From NCBI RefSeq assembly GCF_964194025.1, contig NC_134475.1:26226001-26290000 (forward strand): 64,000 nucleotides of DNA, written 5' to 3'. The number at the start of each line of letters is the position of its first letter. Positions within the stretch are counted from its first letter, which is position 1. The DNA comes from Convolutriloba macropyga (taxonomy: Eukaryota). A program made the position numbers and the translations under genes. The notes under the pieces are model-generated. The model made no database searches. It was not told where the DNA came from and worked only from the letters and a program-made list of their open reading frames with translations. This document shows positions 12,060 through 25,684 of this stretch, one piece after another.

Positions 12060-14779
12060 CTGAAACACCAGCACAGATGAAATACCACATTTGCTTAACT
12101 TAGCGTCTTTTGAAATCTTGCAAAAACATCTTGTGATTAGTTACCTCACCTCGTAAAAACTTCCAAGTAATTCAATTCAGTAAAACTGCATCGCATAATT
12201 AAACTTCTAAANNNNNNNNNNNNNNNNNNNNNNNNNNNNNNNNNNNNNNNNNNNNNNNNNNNNNNNNNNNNNNNNNNNNNNNNNNNNNNNNNNNNNNNNN
12301 NNNNNNNNNNNNNNNNNNNNNNNNNNNNNNNNNNNNNNNNNNNNNNNNNNNNNNNNNNNNNNNNNNNNNNNNNNNNNNTTTGATAGTAAAAACTTCTTCA
12401 CAAAAAAATTCTCTGTTGAGCTGTAAATTTGTCTGGGGTCGAAAAAGGATCAAGGCTTTGGAATGACATCATGCAATAAAGAATTCAAATTAATGAAGGT
12501 GGTATCGCGATAGAAATTGAACAGAAGGCTTTGTCGATATCTCTCTTTTGCAAATATAGAAGCAGCGTGTTAGGGATGTCCATATTTCATATACAAGTTT
12601 GATCTGCTTTTGAAATGGTTCCTTTCATGTGAAAAATTGTGCTTAAATGAAAAAGGTCAATGTTAGTGTTTATAAGTTCGAAGTGAATTTAAAAATTGTG
12701 ATCAACAGTTGTACTCCAAATAAATAAATTTTTCATTCGCCACGATAACCTTGTACGATTTTCATAAGCTATGGAATGGTTGCATAAAGTTACTACGAAA
12801 AACAAGCATTTCAAAAAATAGAAATCAAAACGTTAAGGCTAGTCGTTTTTAGCAATCAATTGTGCCCAGTTTAGGTCAACTGCGATATCTTTTATTGATA
12901 TTTTAACCGGGGAGACACAAATAATGTTCCCGTAATAAATTGGAGACATAAGTGAAAAAGTCTTTCAACCAATTCTCTTGCCAGATTATCCAATTGTTCA
13001 CCAGAATTGCTTTTGGAAATTGTTTTCTTCGAAAAATTGATTACCCTTTATGGTTTTCAGATTCTGTGCGTACTTATCTCACACACGTAGATTGCCAATG
13101 CATTGATCAGAAACACCCCTGAATGACACAAAAATGGCTTTGAAAAAAGAAAATTTTTAAAAATAAAGTACGAATTTTTTTCTCAAAATTTTTTGTTGCT
13201 TTTATTGACGTTATAATGTACTTTATAATAATAAATTAAAGAATTGGCAGTTTTGCAAATTTCCCTTTGATCATTAAATCTTTTGTACTGCCTAGATTCC
13301 TCGCAAAACCTGCAAAAATTTGAAGCAAAGGGAAGTTTCATCTGAATATACAACATGAATTAGTGATTCACGATATGCAGAAGCTCGAATTAAATTGTTC
13401 TCGTTTTTGAAAACGAAGTGAAAGGAAAACTTTCAATATGCTTTTATCATGCGCTGTGTATGATTTAATCCTAAAAAATTTTAGAAAAAAACTAAAGGAA
13501 CTTTAAACATTTTCCCAAGACACACTGCCAAAGTTGCCACTAGCTATCACCTCCTTTATGTCACAAAAAAAATTGTATTTACCGTTGACAAACCCATGTT
13601 GAAGCTTTCATGGTTGAAGATATAGATATTGATCTAAATTGGTTTCAAATACCGTCAGGATTTGACGCCTGGTCTTGTTTTTTAAAGCTACGCAAGAGAG
13701 AACTAAGATGAAAAAGGAGCTGAGCTGTTTTTTATGGTTCCGGAAAGTAAAGAGTTTTTCAAAATTAATTCGATTGATGCGATAATCATTTGATGTGGAA
13801 TTACCTGTAAAAAGTCTGAAATAGCCCTTCAGAAGGTTATAATGGCGACTAACATTTGATAACTGCAGTCAATAAGTTGCATCACAGAGCCAAAAATTTT
13901 TTATAATAATTATATTTCAAGATAATTTTTACAAAGTTTTAATTTACAATAATAAGCAAAAATCCCAAAATTTTAACAAAATAATACACCAATAAACCTC
14001 AATAGTTGCTCCCCTAGAAATCTTTGCTAACTATTAATTTTGGTAAGCTATGACTATTGCCTAACATTTTTCTTTGAATTATAGGGGTCAAAATTAGAAA
14101 TCAATGGACCAAAACTTCAAAAATGATACCTAGATAATGCGCAAAATCGCATTATACGGGTTAAACACCATCAAGGAATCTTAGTAATCATACTATGCCA
14201 TGTATCTAACTCCTGGTAATTATATACAGTTTTATGGAATCTTAACAAACGTACAAATATCATAAATTGTTCTTAGTAATCATAAAAAGATTATAAAAAA
14301 TTATCAACATGACAGTTGCAAAAAAAATATTGAAGTAAAATAACAAATTTAAAATTTTTACCTCTTATTGGTCATACGCGGAAAATTTACGAGCCCAAAT
14401 TGTCTTTCTTTTGGTTTAATGTAGTCATGCATTTCAGAAACTTCTTTGTCACAGAAGGAAGTTTTTTGAAATAAAAATTTAAAACCCTTTTTTTTGTTCT
14501 ACATTAGCTTAATTCTATGCAAATCAATACATCTGCACAGTTTATTTTTTCTTATTTATGTGAAACTTAATGGTGTACCGGTATCACCCAATTGCAAAAA
14601 ATAACACATAAAGACAAATTTTTCCCTTTATTGCACAACATCTCAATTTTCTTTATTTCTTGTCCTTGAAGAAGGTTGATTTTAGGGAGAGCCACTTAGC
14701 TTTCCAGTGGTGATGCAATTGCATCACTAATTGAACAGAAAATCAATTAATATGAAGAAAAATTGGGTTTATGAATCTC

Positions 14780-14925
14780 AGCAACCTTAGAAAGATCATG
14801 CATGGTTCTTACTAATCATACAAAGATCATTTATGGCTCTTACTAGTCATACGAAGATCATTTATGGTTCTTATTAACCAAAGTATCTGTATGATTCTTA
14901 CTAATCATTGCAAGATCATACCAAG
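14780..14925. repeat. Degenerate minisatellite, unit about 31 bp (AAGATCATTTATGGTTCTTACTAATCATAC-like)
   Basis: 4-5 tandem units; related motifs at 14170-14290 and 24010-24095. Confidence 0.7.
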
Positions 14926-15203
14926 AAATTGTCTATGTCTTATATGAAACCATATCTGTTCTTTGTTTGATTATCAAAAATGTTCATCCCGGGTACTTTC
15001 TTACAGCATATTGAGCTTGGATTTTGAATGGTCTGATAAGAGGCAGATTTGAATGCGCCATAGCGGACAATGGTCTGAAAATTGTCGGCGCCAGAGTCGT
15101 ACGAAAGTTTGGATATGGGCTCAATCATGTCTGATAAGAGTTCAACTTGTTCTCGAATGATCTGATGAGCAATGGCTTCGAGTGCACTTAAGGTGCACGC
15201 GCG

Positions 15204-15206
<3 letters not shown>

Positions 15207-15257
<51 letters not shown>
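15207..15257. repeat. (CA)n microsatellite within a TCTGATCAGA-family element (about 15025-15400)
   Basis: About 25 CA units, flanked by GGTCTGAT(C/A)AG motifs. Confidence 0.95.
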
Positions 15258-15261
<4 letters not shown>

Positions 15262-15864
15262 TTCGACGCATGAGATCACTTTGTTCTGGAGAGGTCTGAT
15301 CAGAGGTCAATCCGGTCGGAGGCAATCCACGTTGGTCTACGAAGGCCTGGTCAGAAGTCGTTTCGGTCTGCGATTTCAAACTAGGTAGTCGCCATTTTGG
15401 GAATTTCAACCTGAGAATTAACGTGAACAGATTGTTACCTACATAAATGGTGCACCGGGTGGAGTGATTCGGATTCCAAGGCCAGAAGACTCATTCGCCA
15501 GCAGAACACTAATAAACTTATTTGATCCCATTTCAAATTTGATAACAGCTGGGGGTCGCATAAACAACAAAAACAATCATAAATTTAACTGCACTATTCG
15601 CATTTGAAAGCTTTCAATTTTTAGAGTGCATTAAAGCCAAGTTTTGAAAAACATTTGTGCGTATTGAGATTCGAAAGTTTTGTAAATGAAGCAAATAATA
15701 TAAAGTTGGTAAAATAAAAATAAAAACGGTGCAAAATGCTCTGACGCAGGTTGATTTATCTTGAAAGCTTTGGCGGAGCTATTTATTTACATTAAACTAT
15801 ATTCAGAATTCGATTCAGAATCTCACATAGACAAAACAATTCTTAAACAAAATGTAAATTTTCA

Positions 15865-15910
15865 ATGACGAGCCTCACTTTAATGGCCAATGCTGGCCCT
15901 TCCTGTACAG
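15865..15910 (+). CDS. Shisa-like/STMC6-type PPxY membrane protein, exon 1 (probable)
   Basis: ATG MTSLTLMANAGPSCT + G|GTAAAG phase-1 donor matching the phase of exon 2. Confidence 0.55.
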
Positions 15911-16291
15911 GTAAAGGATTTTTAACTTTTTCATACTCTCACGTCTCATCCCCACCCCCACCCAACCTCCACCCCCCCCCCCCCCCTGTGAAATTATATA
16001 AAATTATAAATTTTATATAATTTCACATATGTGCACGGACGGACTCTTTAAGTTTGTTCATTATTCATTAAAATTTTGCTACTAGACAGAGCTTTTTAAT
16101 ACAAATTTCATGAGATCAATAGCATTTCTGCACCACAAAATCCTTGCAAGGTAAAAAGGTTTAAAGGGGTGTCAGTGAAATGAATCTTGAATACATATCA
16201 GTCAACCATATTTGTCATGAGCAAGTATGGCTTTCTATGTGGTTACTTAATCATTAATATAATTAAATTTTATTCGGTCCCTTAATTTTAG

Positions 16292-16487
16292 CAAAAATAT
16301 CCTTGACAATTGCGCTGCCCTTCCTCTTCATCCTCATAACTATTCCCACGGGAGTGACGTCACTAGACGAGGCGAGGAAAGTGTGCAACAACAACTTGGA
16401 GTGCAAACAGCATGCGGAGAGAGAGGGCAACTCTGAACAGTTCTGTTGTGACACTCTCTGCTCTGATCAGGACTGTGCAGACTCTAC
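16292..16487 (+). CDS. Shisa-like/STMC6-type protein, exon 2 (signal peptide + 6-Cys ectodomain)
   Basis: TTTTAG acceptor; KISLTIALPFLFILITIPTGVTS LDEARKVCNNNLECKQHAEREGNSEQFCCDTLCSDQDCADS; AC|GTCAGT phase-2 donor. Confidence 0.8.
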
Positions 16488-19400
16488 GTCAGTCTCATTT
16501 CTTATAACTATATCCTGATTCAGTCGTAAAAACCAGGACCAGGACCAGTCGTAAAATACAATCAAAAGCGTTGATGAATCTATATGAGTTCTTTGTGTAC
16601 AGTAGTAGTGGATTTATTAAATTTTCAATAATTACATAGAAACTATCTCAAAAACATAAAAATCAGAGAAAAACAACTACATGAAAGCTAACTATTCGAA
16701 ACTCGAACTGACTTACTTTTTCCGTATCAATCTTAGGTACGACTGTTGTATTTAAAAAAAACAATTCGGAACTCCCATGTTAATATAAATTTCTCAGAAG
16801 AAAAACCAATTGCGGTATCAATTGTTTTATAATTTATAACAGATTTTTACATTTTACAGAATTTTAATGTTTAAGAAGCATCAGTTGAACATTATTATTT
16901 AACGACAGAACTGAAGTAAAAAATTAAAAAAAAGCCGGCAGATTGCCGGACAATAGCTGCGGTGCACGCTTGTGCCCATCCGTGGAACTGAAACAACTAA
17001 AGAAATAAAATAAACAGATTGAACACCAGTCCTTTAATAGACCGCTAGATGTTTTGGGTTAGATTCCGACTGTCATTTTTGCGAGACAAATACGCTCTAT
17101 AGAAAAAAGCCTCAACCGAGCTTTTTCAAAATTAATATTCGATATCAAAAAGTCAAGACTTTAATACTCAAGAATTAGGGCATATACGTTTGGCACTATT
17201 TAGATGCTCATTATGGATCTTTAATTAGTAAAAGTTCAAAAAAATACAGTTTATTGAATGAGTTTGGAAGTCATTCGTCACGCACACAATTTGTAATTGC
17301 CATGCAGTAGAAGTCATTGAAATTGAAAAAGTCAATGGTCACAAGAATTATTGATGGAGACGACAAAATAAAAAGATAGCAGGACAAGTCCTGAAATGCA
17401 ATTCAGAGAATTATTTTAGTTTATAGTCTGATTACCACTTACTCCGCTTAAAAAGGCAAATGAGAGCGGTTAGTAATGAGACTAAGCATTAAAACACGCA
17501 AGAACAAAAACAAGCAAGACTAAATATTCAACTTTTGTTTTTTATGAAAAGACAGGATCAACATCAAAAAACAACTTCTATGATTTCAAATATTCCTTTA
17601 TTTCTCATTAGCAACTTGTCATTCAATATCAAGGAGTCCTCTCACTAGTAATGTTAAATGATAAGACAAAAAGAACCTAAAATCACAAAAAAAACTCGCT
17701 GACAATTTTGAAAAACACTTAGTTTTAAATGTCACAGAACGCAACAGCTCATGAAGGATACAATTACATCAATTAATTGAGTCCTCAATGACCTCCGTTA
17801 CAATCTGTCGTCAACGAGATTGAGTAATAAGACAACAATCAAAACAACAAATCTAGCAAAACTAAAAAAAATCATTAAGATCTTTTTTAAAGACGAACAA
17901 ATGTATGAGTCACAAAAAGCAATGGCTATAAACTGAAATGAATTGCTGTAATTGAAGCCATTAGAGAAAATAATGAGACCTGCCAATAATGATACCAAGA
18001 GTAAAGACAACAAAGTTGAAAAGAAAAACTTGCAAAACTCAAAAAAAATTATAATGACAATTAGTGTCAAAGTCATAGAAAGCACTAGCTTTGAACAAAA
18101 AGACGATTAAATCTATAGGCTTAGCCATTCTTAGCAGCCTCAGAGACCCTTTCGTATTGAGATTAAACGATAAGACATCAAAAAGTACACTCAATATTTA
18201 CAGATTTCAACAATTGAGAAAATGTAGTATCAAAATTAAGAAAACCACTGGCGATTAGCTCCAGCCATTAATTGAATTCTTCTATGCCTCAATTTCAACC
18301 AATCAGACTTTTCATTGATGACACTAGGTAGTAAAATCACAGATATCTTTAAAAAAAGGGAGCAAAAGAGAAAAATCACCAATATTTTATGACAGCAAAT
18401 AGTGGTAAAGTCATTTTGCTGCCCCTCAATGAATTCAAGCAAAGGCCAATAGGCACAATTAGAAAACATTTGTACCGTTTTAAAAGCACTAAAGGAGAGG
18501 AAATTTTGAAAATCGATTTCAAATTGAGGCACCTGAAAAAAAATCTTCTCAAAAACCGCCAAAATTTTCAAACACCAATTTCCTACACCACTTTAAAAGG
18601 TTTTTTTGAAAAAAGTCACGTCTCATACCTACTCGATTTTTCGCTCACTTTCTATTTCAGTGTGAACAAAAACACCACTATAATTTAACTTCTCACTGAC
18701 GTGAAAAGCCGAAACAAGCGTGAACAGATCCTAAAAAGAAAGACAGCGCACCAATACAATTCAACTTATTAACGAATGAACAAAGGCAGATTTGAAGTGG
18801 CTGTGACGTCATGTGGTCGCAACAAAAATCGCAACGATGAAATAAAAAACATAACAGGACAGGTCCTGACGTACATTTCAAAAAATTTTCATTGACTAAG
18901 CAAAAACTAGACCTAGAACGGACTATGAGTGAATTGGAAAAACCATTTAGAAAAAAAATCTACCCAAAAATTCGAAAAAACAGTAAAAGTCAGTGAAATT
19001 GCCGCATGTGAACAAACCACTACCGAGAAAGCGATTTCTTGTTCAAACGCCGTTTTCTCCCTCTACTGTAAGATTAGAGCAAAAAAATTCCTTCCTGCCG
19101 CAAAACCACTCGCTTTTTCACTCCACTTCCTGTTTCGGCGTGACCAATATCACCACTCCAATTTGACTTCAAAAATCATGAAAATGCGTGAACAGATCCT
19201 AAATAGAAAGACAGTGCACCAATACAATTCAACTTCTTTCGATTGTTAAAAACGACGATGTCCCCAATAATAGCCGCTATCACTTCGGGGTTACTAATAA
19301 AAAACATTTTGTCAACTTGCCATGTTTTGTACAAAACCGAATCCAAATTCTTTCTATTTGCGCGTTTCTTGATCACGGAGTATTCAAATTTTTACAACTT

Positions 19401-22208
19401 AGAGCTAACGAAACAAAGATTTTTCTTTGAGCTACATATCGGAGAAAAAGTTTTTTATATTTTTTATTTCAAAAAGTGTCGTATTTGTACACCAATTAAA
19501 TCTTGCTGGTTGTATAAAGACATCATACTTCAGTTTATTTAAGATCAAACGGAGAAAGAAAGTTTAAAGTATCAATTGAGAAAATGGAGTAAATTTGAAA
19601 AACGCATATTTTTTTCAAATTAAAATGTGATGTCTTACAGTAAATTTAAAAGCAATCACTAAAAATAAAAGTGAGCTCTGAATTACAAGATAGTTATTTT
19701 TCCGCGATCATTAATGATAATGAGGAAAAAACTTCGAATTCAGTGAAAATTTTTGTTTATTGTTATTACTTGAATTCATAACTTTAAAGACACCTCCAGA
19801 ATTTCCGTTCAATCTGATATGAGACCAAATGGACTGCTTGTTGATATGCGGTGAACTCATCGACGCAGGGATCGAATTGATTTTAAGTCTATAACGATTA
19901 CAAAATATTTTCGAACTCGCAGGTGGCTTTTTTGTTCTATTCTGATTGAACCCTACAAAACCATTTTCTAAATCTTAAAGTCGCTACTTAAGTTCGTCTA
20001 AAACGTGGAGGTAGAGCTACAAGGTACAATGTGAATTTTCCCAGATATTTACAAATAGCTACGAAAGCAAAACTATATAAGTGACAGCTTTTTCAATTTC
20101 TTGAAAAAAGAGTCAACTGAATGCCTGTTAAAAGCTTTTTTTCAATGATCAAATGAAGCATTAGCATTAATCGACAAAAAAATTTTAAAAAAGCTGTTTA
20201 ATTTTTATTTAATAACAAACTAGATGTTTACTGTTCTGATATCAACTACCCATTTTGGCAACTCTGTAAGTTTTCAATTAAATCAATTCTCAGAAAAACT
20301 TTTTGATTTGGGTTCAGCGTAGGTGTTGGCAGAAACTGACAAAACTTCAATGTTTTTGTTAATATTTGTTTTGATCTTTTTTTGATAGAAAAGTTTTAAA
20401 TGGAAAAATACTTCCCCTTTTGAGTCATATAGTCCCCAAAAAAGAATCCCTAATTAGTAAAACAATCAGTTTGTTAGAAGCTGGAAAATAGCAAAAGGAT
20501 GAATGAAGAGTTTTACTTCTGTGGAGTCCTATGTTTGTTCTTTAGAAATTTTTCCCCATAGACTTTCCGTACAAATAAAATTGCAGAGAACAGCTAATAG
20601 GTACTTCATCAATAAGTTGTAGCCTCTTTTGTTTAAATTTTTTGATTTCGAAGTTGCATAACGTTTTTCTGTTTTTTCTATATTGGAAACCCGTTTGACA
20701 ACAAAAACAATTTTCTTAAAATTAAAAAGTCCCAGAAGTCCTAGAAAAACCCACGAAAACTAACAAATTGTTTTCTTTTTTTCATTTCTTAGTCTTTCGA
20801 ATATTAGTTTTTTTACATCGTCAGAAGAAAATTTCCTTTTTCATTTGCTTTTGAACAAATTTCTTCGTTTAAAATATATATTTTGTTCATTCAATATACC
20901 TATTTTTCATATTATGCCAAATACAGCTAAGAATGGATGCCCATCTATAGTTCAAGATATCATTTTCCCGGTTTGAGGGATGCCAAAAATTGACGGAAAC
21001 GAACTGTAGAGAGAGTATTAATCAAAATGAAAACAATTCAAGAAAATGAAAACAATTCATGCCCTCTTTTGTAGAAACAACTGCGTGATTCAACTATCAT
21101 AATTAGAATAAAAACGGTGTTGGAAATTGATTTCGATTCACAAGAATGGTCCTTAATGTGCGTTCGCACATAATGCTATATAACGTCAAAGAAAGAAATG
21201 AAATTTGAAATATTTTTTATCACGGAAGATCATTCTGATTTATGCATTGTGCAAAAAAGTCTGTCCAATAGCTGTAGCATTTTTATTGTGGAAAAAACTT
21301 GAAAACTATCTCAAAAATAATCTGAAATAAATAAATTTTGACTATCATTTCTTTTCTTCCATTAGTATTACGTCCTTCAAGGGTAAGCATTGATACCCAG
21401 TCTGTTGGCTAGAAGAATAGTTCATGTGAAGTCACGATTGTCGTTCACAACGGGATTAGGGATAATTTTCTGGCCAGAACAATATATGAAAAATAGTCTT
21501 TGGAATTTTGAATGATCTGAGTACATTTCAAAAACGACATCATACGACTTTAGATTTAAATATAAGTTCTCAGCGGAAAGTTGCTTTTCTCCTGAGTCAA
21601 GGAAATTATCCAAAACCACTGATAGAAATCTGCGGAAAATCATTATCCAAAAAGCATTGGAAAGTCAGAAGATAAAAATTTTGCGTCAAATTTACCTTAA
21701 ATTCGAATGCTGCAAACATTACACTGAGATTCCGTATATTCAATTAAAAAATTTTACATAAGTTTGGGCTCCTCCTACCGTCTGTTATGCAATGATGGTC
21801 ATAAATACCCGGGTTGAGTGTACCCAACTCCACTCGCCCATTTGGAAGCAAGTAAGAATGAGGGGTAATATGTCTAAACGGTTAAATTGATGTTGAGAGT
21901 AAGGGAGGTCATTTCTTTCTCGAAGTGGGATTGGGGAATAAAATGATAAGACGATATAATAGTGGGACTGCTAAGGGCGGAATTTCTTCCAGTTCAGCTC
22001 CACTCTTACGTCAGATTACTTCCCCACCCCCACCCTTGGCAGCCCATATAGAATTTTAGTGGCATTTCCTTAAAATTCTACTTATTGAGGCTTCACTCTT
22101 ATTCGTTTTTGGGAGGTAAAACTAACAGAGGCCACAGATCAGTTTTTAGTCAACACGGGAACAGTAGAGTGACAGAATACATCCACGATGACTAATAGAC
22201 CTTTTTAG

Positions 22209-22294
22209 GAATGTGGTGGGCATTGTGCTGGGTGCAATTGCAGCCACGGTTGTGTTGAGTGCTATCATCATCTGCATAACCTGCTTTAAATGCA
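22209..22294 (+). CDS. Shisa-like/STMC6-type protein, exon 3 (transmembrane helix; absent from the ORF track)
   Basis: CTAAT branch-like site + TTTTTAG acceptor; NVVGIVLGAIAATVVLSAIIICITCFKC; A|GTAAGT donor; phases match exons 2 and 4. Confidence 0.85.
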
Positions 22295-22405
22295 GTAAGT
22301 ATTCTCTGTCTCTCTCAAAGCTTACAATAAGTTCACAAAATCTAATTTTTTAACACTTATTGACCAAAAATTCTAGTCTCCTGCCTGATATACTGGCACG
22401 ACGAA

Positions 22406-23045
22406 CCCAGGTTGGGTTTCCATTGTTTTTCAATGCTGGACCATTGTTATTTTATAGAAACTCCATCGATCGATAGATCGTCAATGGTTCATGACCACAT
22501 TTTTTCTGATCATAGAGAATCCATCGGTAGTATATCTCTGAATATTGCTGGATCATAGTAGATTAACTAAAACTAAATCGCAGCCTTGAATATACATTTT
22601 CTGCTCGATACATATCGCACTCTTGTATTTGGTACACTTCTATTGTAGTTTTTCTTAAGCTCCAAATCAGCTATTGTATTGAAAGATTTTAGTTAAAAAT
22701 TCAGTCAATGTACCACTGCTCAAATTTTCATACAAATTTCTTGGTTTAAATTTAATAAATATTTTGCAACCGAGCTGCATGTAAATTTTCAACCAATAGG
22801 AAACGTTTCTATGAACTAACTGTGATCAATTTGGGCTTTTGATTCTATCAAAAAAGCTACAAACTGCCAAAGCGAATTTTGGCTTCTAAGAAAATGCTAT
22901 GAACCACCGATGGGATTTTGGGCTCTAAAATGAATTTACCATGAATCAACTATGCCATTTATTTTAATCAAATTTCTATGATCCATCAATGGGATAAAGA
23001 GATTGCGCTGATCCATCAATGAAAACTAATGGAACCTCGTTTTGT
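22406..23045. mobile_element. MITE-like element with degenerate TIRs
   Basis: GGGTTTCCATTGTTTTTTCAATGCTGGACC (about 22414) is the imperfect inverse of GATCCATCAATGAAAACTAATGGAACCTC (about 23010); internal CCATC(A/G)ATG repeats. Confidence 0.5.
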
Positions 23046-25370
23046 GAGAACTAAAGAGCTCTTTCCCATGAGGGAACGTAAAAATAACAGAGGTGTGAGC
23101 AATTGTTGGTATTGTCAAGTTCTCGCGCCTGTCTACATTTTTAACCCAGCATTGTCCTCCCGGACTGAGGTCACATTTATTTTCAGCGCTGAATCATGTT
23201 TACTTTTGTTCTGTATTTTACTCTGTCAAGTTTCATGATCATGTCAAAAATTTGAAAGATCAGAGTAAAAAATCAGGACAACTCAAGTTGTTCTGAATTT
23301 GTTCTGAACCACATGCCAAAATCATACTGAGCAATTAAGGCTCCGAAAAAATATCAGCTTGAGAAAAAAGTCCTCAGAAAAAAGGTTTGCTCTAATTAGC
23401 AACCGAAATTCGGTTTGCTGTATTTATCAATGAAGGAGTGTATTTTGAAAACAATTTCCTTGGTCTTAACGAAAAAAATGGCCCATCAGTGCTACGAAAA
23501 CCCATAATAAAGTCATTACAGTCATGGAATATATAACTATAGTACCTATAATTTTAAGATGTTTAAGCTATAATACCACGGGGGTTGTTTCAAACATAAC
23601 GCGGTAACCATAAATGGTTGCTTCATCCTAAAAAATGGTACGTGAAAGCCAATTTATGGCAAGAATTGTAATATCAAGTAGAGTTAGGTGATAGCCATTT
23701 AGTATTGATATAAGTTTCCATGGAAATGATGTGCCCTAATGAAACCTTTGTAGTTATCTCGATTAAATCATCGCCTCATGGGAAAACTGGTACCTTAGAT
23801 TTAAGACTCATGATAACTGGGTAACTTCTGGTACCTTTTTGTAACCAAGACGACTTATGGTAACCGTGGTGAACATGTAACTGTAGTTTTTTTGGTAAAT
23901 TGATGTCAAAGAGTGCCGATTTATAACAGCAAAAATAGCATTTTTATGGTTATGATCAAGACAAAATTAAGACTGCAATCCTGGGTTTCCCCTCAGACAA
24001 CTTTCCTTTACTTCATACAAGGTCATATATGATCCCCGGTAATCATACAAGGTCATATATGATTTGTATGATTTCCCGGTAATCATACAAGTTTCATGAA
24101 AAATAGGTAGTTGTCAACAACTTCAATTGTAGCATCTACCGCGCTCCTAACAAGAAAATAACCCAGTCACCCAAATGTTGAGTTGGTGTGTTTCATTCTT
24201 CCCCGTTATCTATTATTGCAAAAAAATTGTGTTTCTCTTTTGTTGACAACTTTAAGTGTTTTCTCATTTAAAAAGGTTCCTGGTAGTTGTGGCGTCTTGA
24301 AACAATTTAAGGTAAAAACGTGCCATCCAAAACCACTTTGTGATAACAATGGTGCCACAGCGAGCCATTCTATTGAAGCAATAGTGCAAAAAAAAACAAA
24401 TTTCTGTTAAAAATAGCGCCAAAAATAAATTTTTACGCTAATGATGATGCCCTAAGGTCTCAATGGCGCTTTAAGTTTCCTTTTAAAGGTAAAATAAAGA
24501 GGACGCCGTATAATAAAAACTTGATACCACGAAGTGTTTTTTCTTCGCACCGTTGCTACTCCTATCTGTTAAGTTATTGATGCGACGGTTTTTTTAAAAA
24601 AAAAACAGCAAAGCCAGAAAATGCCTTATGGTAACGGTGCTGTCATCGAGTACCGTTTTTCGATAACAATCGTACGATGGTGCCAGAAAGCACTTCTTGT
24701 AGATGATGGTGATAGCACTGTAAAAAACCATTTTGAGATTGCCATGTTGCCCTAAATGCCATTCTTATGTCAACAATCGGGCCATAAGTATCCCTTTTTG
24801 ATAAGGTTGGTATCTCTATGTCGACGAAGAAGTCATAATTTTATCATTAAATCATCATGTACTAAAGTACCACTTCTTGGTGCCATAAGGTGCTGTTTCG
24901 TGGTACCAATTGTGTCAAATTGTGTTTTGTGGTTACGATGTTTCCGTGATGAACAAATTTATGGTAACAAGTGATGATTTGAGGCAGCGATATCCAAAAA
25001 ACAGCTTATGGTATATATCGTACTAGAAAGTGCCGTTTTATGGTATAACGTTGGTGTCATAACAATTAGCTTGTGTGCCACACATCTGTTGCTCGAAAAA
25101 GATGACGCTATTGACTGGTCACAACTGCTCCTGTATGACACACTAAAACACTGAAATATTCATAAAAACCCGAAATATTTTGGAGCCGACATTAAAAAGC
25201 CCTCAAAAGTCGACGCTTTTCTCACTTCACCCAGTATTATAATCTCTACAATAATTTCTTTTGTTTTCGGTAATTCGCAATCACTGCAATCACGTGAACA
25301 AAACTGTTATAGGGATATTAACGAAACGTAATAAACCAAAACATCATCTGTTGCGAGAGTGTTTTTTTAG

Positions 25371-25684
25371 AGAAAGAGGGGTTCAAAATTGAAGATTCTT
25401 TTGGACGTCTAATGCCCCCGTCATACAGCCGTTCAGCCACTCGTCCCCCAAGTTATGACGTCACAGCTGCCACATCATCGTCAGCCACAACCTCTGCTCG
25501 GCCATACCAAGCCCACCTGTTCCATAGTGGAAGCAGCAGCAGTACCACTGGAAGGAATGCTAATGGGCAGGGTTCGGGAGTAATCCAGGTAGCTTCCAGC
25601 ACCCAATCGAGTAGGAGAGGAAATGACCGTGCGCCCCCTCCCCCGAGTTATGAAGAGTCGATGCGACAAAACAGAGCTTCGTAA
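25371..25684 (+). CDS. Shisa-like/STMC6-type protein, exon 4 (cytoplasmic tail with 3 PPSY motifs)
   Basis: TTTTTTTAG acceptor; KEGFKIEDSFGRLMPPSYSRSATRPPSYDV...APPPPSYEESMRQNRAS*; AATAAA at 25932. Confidence 0.85.

Noticed and set aside
15128-15190. Hammerhead ribozyme (CTGATGAG core at about 15162)
   Set aside because: No GAAA after stem II; it is a degenerate unit of the TCTGATCAGA repeat
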